From positions 1,600,001-1,664,000 of the forward strand of contig CBDIID010000003.1 of NCBI GenBank assembly GCA_965279515.1: 64,000 nt of DNA, read 5' to 3'. This document shows, in pieces, positions 59,724 to 64,000 of the stretch. The translations under genes and the position numbers were made by a program. The notes beneath the pieces were generated by a model. It searched no databases, was not told where the DNA came from, and was given only the letters and a program-made list of their open reading frames with translations. This DNA comes from Turneriella sp. (lineage in GTDB: Bacteria; Spirochaetota; Leptospiria; Turneriellales; Turneriellaceae). Position 1 is the first letter of the stretch, and every line of letters begins with the position of its first letter.

Positions 59724-61700
59724 TTATCTTTTACGTTTGATTTCGCCGCGGATTTTACGGGCAATTTGTTCGCCCGTCAGGCCGCATTCTTTTTCGATAT
59801 CGGCAATGGAACCGTGGTGTACGACCGCATCGGGAAAGCCCAGCGCACGGTGTTTTACAGCAATGTCGTGTTCGGCGAGCAGCCGTGCTGTGAGGTCGCC
59901 GAGGCCGCCGATGAGTCCGTGGTTTTCGAGCGTAATCAGCAGCTTTTTTCCTTTCAGCGCTTTGAGTATTTGCGGCGCAGGCAAGGGTTTCAGCGAGCGC
60001 ACATCCATTACCGAGACGCCGATTTTCTCTTTGAGCAGAAGTTCGCGCGCCGCGAGGGCTTTTTCGGCAAATACACCTTCGCTGAGTATCAGCACATCCT
60101 TGCCCGGGGCTAAGACTTCTGCATGGAAGGGATTATAACGATTTTTTACCGAATTCCTGAGAATCGCTGCCGGTTCTGCGATCGCAAATTCTCTTTTCGG
60201 AAAGCGGATCGCGAGCGGCCCCTCATTATAACGCGCGGCGAACGCCAGCATACGTACAAGTTCATGCGCGTCGCGCGCCGAAAGGATTCTCATGTTGGGC
60301 AGCGCTGCCATGAAAGCGATATCGTAAAAACCCTGGTGTGTCTCACCGTCTTGCCCGACACAGCCTGCGCGGTCGATCACGAGGCGCACCGGCAGGTTCA
60401 TTAAGGCAATATCCTGCACGAGCTGATCGTAGCCGCGTTGCAAAAACGTCGAGTAGATGCAGAGAAAGGGTTTCAGGCCCGCATTGGCAAGCGCTCCGGC
60501 AAAAGTTGTCGCATGCTGCTCGGCGATGCCGGCGTCGAAAAAGCGCGACGGATATTTCGCCGCAAAGGGCTGCAGGCCTGAGCCTTCTTTCATCGCAGGT
60601 GTAATGACCGTGATCTTTTCGTCGTTCGTGCCGAGGTAGGTCAGCGTCTCGCCGACGAATTTACTCATACCCCACTGCGTCGCGGTTTTTGGCTGAATGC
60701 CATATGTCGGGTCGAAGATACCGACGCCGTGGTACTGTATCGGGTCCTTTTCGGCGAGCGGGTAGCCATAACCTTTTTTTGTAACGACGTGCAAAAGAAT
60801 CGGCTCTTCAATCGGCGGCAGGTGCCCAAGCACATTGACGATGCGGACAACGTCATGGCCGTCGATGGGGCCCAGGTAACGAAAGCCGAGCTCACCGAAA
60901 AACTGGTGATCGATCGCCAGCGATTTCATCGACATGCGAAAACGTTTCGCGAGGCGGTTAATAACCTTGCCGATCAGGGGAATTTTTGAAACAAGCGAAA
61001 TAAAGCCGCGCTTGCTGCTCTTGTAGAAACTGGTGTTGATGAGTTGCGTGAGATGGTAACTGATCGCCCCGACATTCTTCGAGATACTCATCTCGTTGTC
61101 GTTGAGGATAGCCAGCATCGGCGTACGCGCAAAGCCCGCATGGTTCATGGCTTCGAACGCCATACCCGTTACAATAGAAGCGTCGCCGACAATTGCAACG
61201 GCCGTGCGCGTTGCGGCGCCGGGTTGTACCTGGCCGCGAGCAGCCACGGAAGGCTTCTGTGCGAGCGGCGCCAGTTGAAATCCTACCGATTCGCCCATCG
61301 CCTGCGAGATCGCGGTACCCGCATGCCCGGTGTTATAGAGATCGTGCGGCGACTCAGAGCGCTTGGGGAATCCCGAAAGCCCGCCGGTTTTGCGGATGGT
61401 ATGCAGTTCGGCCTTGCGGCCCGTCAGAATTTTATGCGCATAACACTGGTGGCCGACATCCCAGCAAAAGCGGTCTGAAGGCGAGTTAAAGACGTAGTGC
61501 AACGCGACGGTGAGTTCGACCGACCCCAGGTTCGATGACAGGTGCCCGCCGCTCGCCGCGACACTCTCGAGAATAAAGCCGCGCAGGTAGTCGCAGAACG
61601 CAGGCAGATCGGTAATTTTCAGTTTCTTCAGCGCCGCAGGCGAATCGATGCGGGAAAAATCGGGTGTGTCAGCGGAACCGGGCATCGCCTTGAGCAGCAA
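59724..61700 (-). CDS. dxs: 1-deoxy-D-xylulose-5-phosphate synthase
   Basis: GGHLSSNLG, WDVGHQ, GDAS...NDN, GIAEQH, DRAG, DGETHQG. Start TTG 61700 or ATG 61685. Confidence 0.97.
   Translation of the reverse strand: MLLKAMPGSADTPDFSRIDSPAALKKLKITDLPAFCDYLRGFILESVAASGGHLSSNLGSVELTVALHYVFNSPSDRFCWDVGHQCYAHKILTGRKAELHTIRKTGGLSGFPKRSESPHDLYNTGHAGTAISQAMGESVGFQLAPLAQKPSVAARGQVQPGAATRTAVAIVGDASIVTGMAFEAMNHAGFARTPMLAILNDNEMSISKNVGAISYHLTQLINTSFYKSSKRGFISLVSKIPLIGKVINRLAKRFRMSMKSLAIDHQFFGELGFRYLGPIDGHDVVRIVNVLGHLPPIEEPILLHVVTKKGYGYPLAEKDPIQYHGVGIFDPTYGIQPKTATQWGMSKFVGETLTYLGTNDEKITVITPAMKEGSGLQPFAAKYPSRFFDAGIAEQHATTFAGALANAGLKPFLCIYSTFLQRGYDQLVQDIALMNLPVRLVIDRAGCVGQDGETHQGFYDIAFMAALPNMRILSARDAHELVRMLAFAARYNEGPLAIRFPKREFAIAEPAAILRNSVKNRYNPFHAEVLAPGKDVLILSEGVFAEKALAARELLLKEKIGVSVMDVRSLKPLPAPQILKALKGKKLLITLENHGLIGGLGDLTARLLAEHDIAVKHRALGFPDAVVHHGSIADIEKECGLTGEQIARKIRGEIKRKR
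61215..61272 (+). repeat. Palindromic element copy D (in frame within dxs)
   Basis: GGCGCC...GCGAGC-AGCCACGGAAGGCT-TCTGT-GCGAGC-GGCGCC. Confidence 0.65.
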
Positions 61701-61703
61701 AGG

Positions 61704-61949
61704 TTACTTCAGCTCCACGGCGTTTTCGTAGATCAGAACAGGAATGCCTTCGCGGATAAAATAGAAAACACCGGTCTCTTTTTGCAAAAGACCCTCGGTC
61801 GCCGGCTGGGTAACTTCGGCGCCCGAAATCTCGCGGCATTTACCGGCCTTGACGAGCCCATTGACGCGCTCAAGCACCGCGGTGTCGGCCAGCGCGAGTT
61901 TTTTCTTAGAGCGGGGGCAGACCAGAATTTCGAGGAGCTCGGGACTCAT
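61704..61949 (-). CDS. Trm112 family protein
   Basis: LLEILVCP...IREGIPVL. GGAGG RBS before ATG 61949. Confidence 0.88.
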   Translation of the reverse strand: MSPELLEILVCPRSKKKLALADTAVLERVNGLVKAGKCREISGAEVTQPATEGLLQKETGVFYFIREGIPVLIYENAVELK

Positions 61950-61983
61950 GACCTCCAGAACAGGCGGCCGAAACACGTCGTCA

Positions 61984-62049
61984 ACCGAGGGCAGGATGCC
62001 TCGGGTGCGAGCTCGCATGGAGGCGATCTTTGCGAGCACCGAGGGCAGG
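61984..62049 (+). repeat. Palindromic element copy E (intergenic) with 12-bp terminal direct repeats
   Basis: ACCGAGGGCAGG-ATGCC...GCGAGC-TCGCATGGAGGCGA-TCTTT-GCGAGC-ACCGAGGGCAGG. Confidence 0.7.
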
Positions 62050-62055
62050 GTTTGG

Positions 62056-63360
62056 CTATTGTTCAGCGCAGAGGAAGGGTAAAGGGTTTGAACAAAAATC
62101 GCCGACACCATCGTTTATCGCTGTAGCATCTGTTGCATTGCCATTCCCAGTACCAGTGCCTGTCCCACCACCTCCTAAAAAAGCATTGCAGGTACCTGTA
62201 GGGTTGATCAACCATGCTGCATTCAAACCTGTCCAATATTTGTTGCCCGGAGCAATGGAATTCGCCAGATTGAAAGGAAAAACTCTGGCGGCATTGGTTG
62301 TACCAATAAGCAACTTATCGCTGTAACGGTAGTACTTTGTATTAGCAGCCAATACCCAATCAACCCCAGGGCTGCCCGCCTCACGAATAATCGTACCACC
62401 ACCATTTGCCCCTACGAGAATCGCCTTATAGGTTCCCCCTGCAGGAGGTTTACCCGCGTCACATTTTGCATCAGCCCCTGGAATCCCCCCGATCAAAGGA
62501 GGCGTGAGGGTAACACTAAACGCGCCCGAAACATAGATGAACTTTCCGACATCGGTATTGATATTCGTAACGTCCACACTGAAGGTAACACCAGCATACG
62601 GATAAAGCCCCGTGGCAGGATCAGAATAAATAGCATAAGGTACGTCGCCGTCTAATTTATTATCAGCAACACCAGAAACCACCACAGTTTGATCTGTATT
62701 CCAGTTTGTAGACGTAAATGTCAAGGTGGCAGATGACACCACTGTCCCTTCGGTAGCTACACTTGATCTGACATTGTTGAAAACAATATCCCCTGCAGGT
62801 TGCGTGGCCAACCGTATGCGGAAAGACGTCGTCATTGCGCCTGACTCTCTAGTTACCAATCCGGTTGCGTTCGATAATATCAACTCAGCCCCTGCATCAT
62901 TATCGCTGTTCAGAATTAATAGCGGCTGCACACGCAAATTCTGATAGCGGGAATCGCTGCTTGCAACGGTCGTCTGAATGCTGTATTCGACTGCTCCGTC
63001 TGGCGCTGCATCATCTTGCCCAACAACCACCAGATTTTGCTTTACATTCCAGTTTTGTGGCGTGAAAATCAAGGTACAGCTCGTAGCCGTTGTGACCAAG
63101 CTACCAGCATCACAAATGTTCCCGTTTGCGCGAATTTGCCCCTCATTAACATTGCTGCTGCTGAGTGTCAGCACAACTTCAGTCGTTGGTGGATAAGTCA
63201 GTTCGATCTGCAGCATCGTCGTTACGCCTGATTCGCTGGTCGTAAGCCCGGCTGCCGGCGTCATTCTAACGGAACCAAACTGCGCTTCGAGTTCGAACTC
63301 CCTGCTACAGACCAACGTCGTCAAAGCGCACAACAAAAGTATAGTAATTTTCGTTTTCAT
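62056..63360 (-). CDS. Lipoprotein with two Calx-beta/cadherin-like repeats and C-terminal DUF1554 (Len-like) domain
   Basis: Lipobox-like TLVC. Two repeats containing GL(V)T.ESG...LTFT..NWN..Q.V.V.G..D. C-terminus GGIPGADAKC...YKAILV...DWVL...YWTGL...LCAEQ. Confidence 0.8.
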   Translation of the reverse strand: MKTKITILLLCALTTLVCSREFELEAQFGSVRMTPAAGLTTSESGVTTMLQIELTYPPTTEVVLTLSSSNVNEGQIRANGNICDAGSLVTTATSCTLIFTPQNWNVKQNLVVVGQDDAAPDGAVEYSIQTTVASSDSRYQNLRVQPLLILNSDNDAGAELILSNATGLVTRESGAMTTSFRIRLATQPAGDIVFNNVRSSVATEGTVVSSATLTFTSTNWNTDQTVVVSGVADNKLDGDVPYAIYSDPATGLYPYAGVTFSVDVTNINTDVGKFIYVSGAFSVTLTPPLIGGIPGADAKCDAGKPPAGGTYKAILVGANGGGTIIREAGSPGVDWVLAANTKYYRYSDKLLIGTTNAARVFPFNLANSIAPGNKYWTGLNAAWLINPTGTCNAFLGGGGTGTGTGNGNATDATAINDGVGDFCSNPLPFLCAEQ

Positions 63361-64000
63361 ATTCTGAGCCCCAACCCTGTCATTGTTATGACGTTACCTG
63401 AAAAGGAACCTTGCAGAAATGTAGCCTGGTATACTGCCCCGATCTCCCAGCTGATGTACGGCGTTAGCTGAATGCCGGTACGGAAACCAGCACTTGCCGT
63501 GGGACCGTAAATGGTTCCCGAGAAAGAATTCGAAGCTTCACCTGAGCGGGTATCGAGGGGTAAGTTCTTAAGCGAACTCATGTCGACGCTGAAACGGCTG
63601 TAGGTTCCGCCCCCACCTGCCAACAGGTTAAGGAAAAACTTTTTGTATCGGATTACCTGGTAACCGAGACCAATTTCTCCGGTAAAACCCGTGCCTTTGA
63701 TCGTCGCCGTCTCAGAAGAGTTCACAAGGCCAACAGCAGAGTTCATCCACTGCATGTCGGCGCGAACAAAGCCGATGAAGCGGTTAAGCCCAAGAAACCG
63801 GTCGTGGCGGTACTCCGCAGAAACCATAAGCCCGCCGAGGTCGGCGGGCGCAATGCGCGAGCCAGAATCCATCTGCGGATGTTTACGCAACGTCGGGAAG
63901 GCGCCATTCAGATTGTAACCTGCGTAGACGGCAAGCTGGTCTGTCGTGAAGGGTGCATGCCGGTCGAAATCGAATCGGCCTTTGTTCGGCAATACCGACT
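63357..64000 (-). CDS. Hypothetical protein, C-terminal outer-membrane beta-barrel-like region (partial)
   Basis: The frame is open to the window end. Alternating aromatic/Gly strands ending GLGLRI. ATGA-coupled to the DUF1554 gene. Confidence 0.6.
   Translation of the reverse strand, partial: SVLPNKGRFDFDRHAPFTTDQLAVYAGYNLNGAFPTLRKHPQMDSGSRIAPADLGGLMVSAEYRHDRFLGLNRFIGFVRADMQWMNSAVGLVNSSETATIKGTGFTGEIGLGYQVIRYKKFFLNLLAGGGGTYSRFSVDMSSLKNLPLDTRSGEASNSFSGTIYGPTASAGFRTGIQLTPYISWEIGAVYQATFLQGSFSGNVITMTGLGLRI

Noticed and set aside
61950..62111. N-terminal extension of the Trm112 ORF given in the ORF track
   Set aside because: The extension reads through repeat copy E and the upstream gene end. 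A GGAGG RBS supports ATG 61949.

Overview
A 64-kb bacterial chromosomal segment of moderately high GC, most likely from a free-living Leptospiraceae spirochete (Turneriella-like). This is inferred from spirochete-style lipoproteins, a Len/DUF1554-type protein and a membrane-anchored AraC regulator beside sterol desaturases. The left half (1-32.3 kb) is accessory-type: a lipid-desaturase operon, a cassette of acyl-CoA-dehydrogenase-like, PhnD-like and TusA-ferritin genes, a copper cluster, a PAS two-component trio, an adenylate cyclase-truncated haemoglobin fusion, a cytochrome c plus cytochrome-porin pair and an astacin-ankyrin protease. A tRNA-Val(TAC) separates it from a mostly housekeeping right half: rpsT, metK, clpS/clpA, lptB, rpoN, wecE, pheST flanked by two PIN toxin-antitoxin pairs, purK/purE, ilvC and dxs. 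The most notable observations are (i) a dispersed family of small structured palindromic elements, two of them inserted in frame inside enzyme genes including dxs; (ii) the uncharacterised three-gene oxygenase-like cassette; (iii) the cyclase with a C-terminal 2/2 globin; (iv) the dihaem Cyc2-like cytochrome-porin; and (v) a purK lacking a canonical start codon. No integrase, transposase, rRNA or CRISPR array was seen. All product calls come from motif recognition by eye, not database searches.
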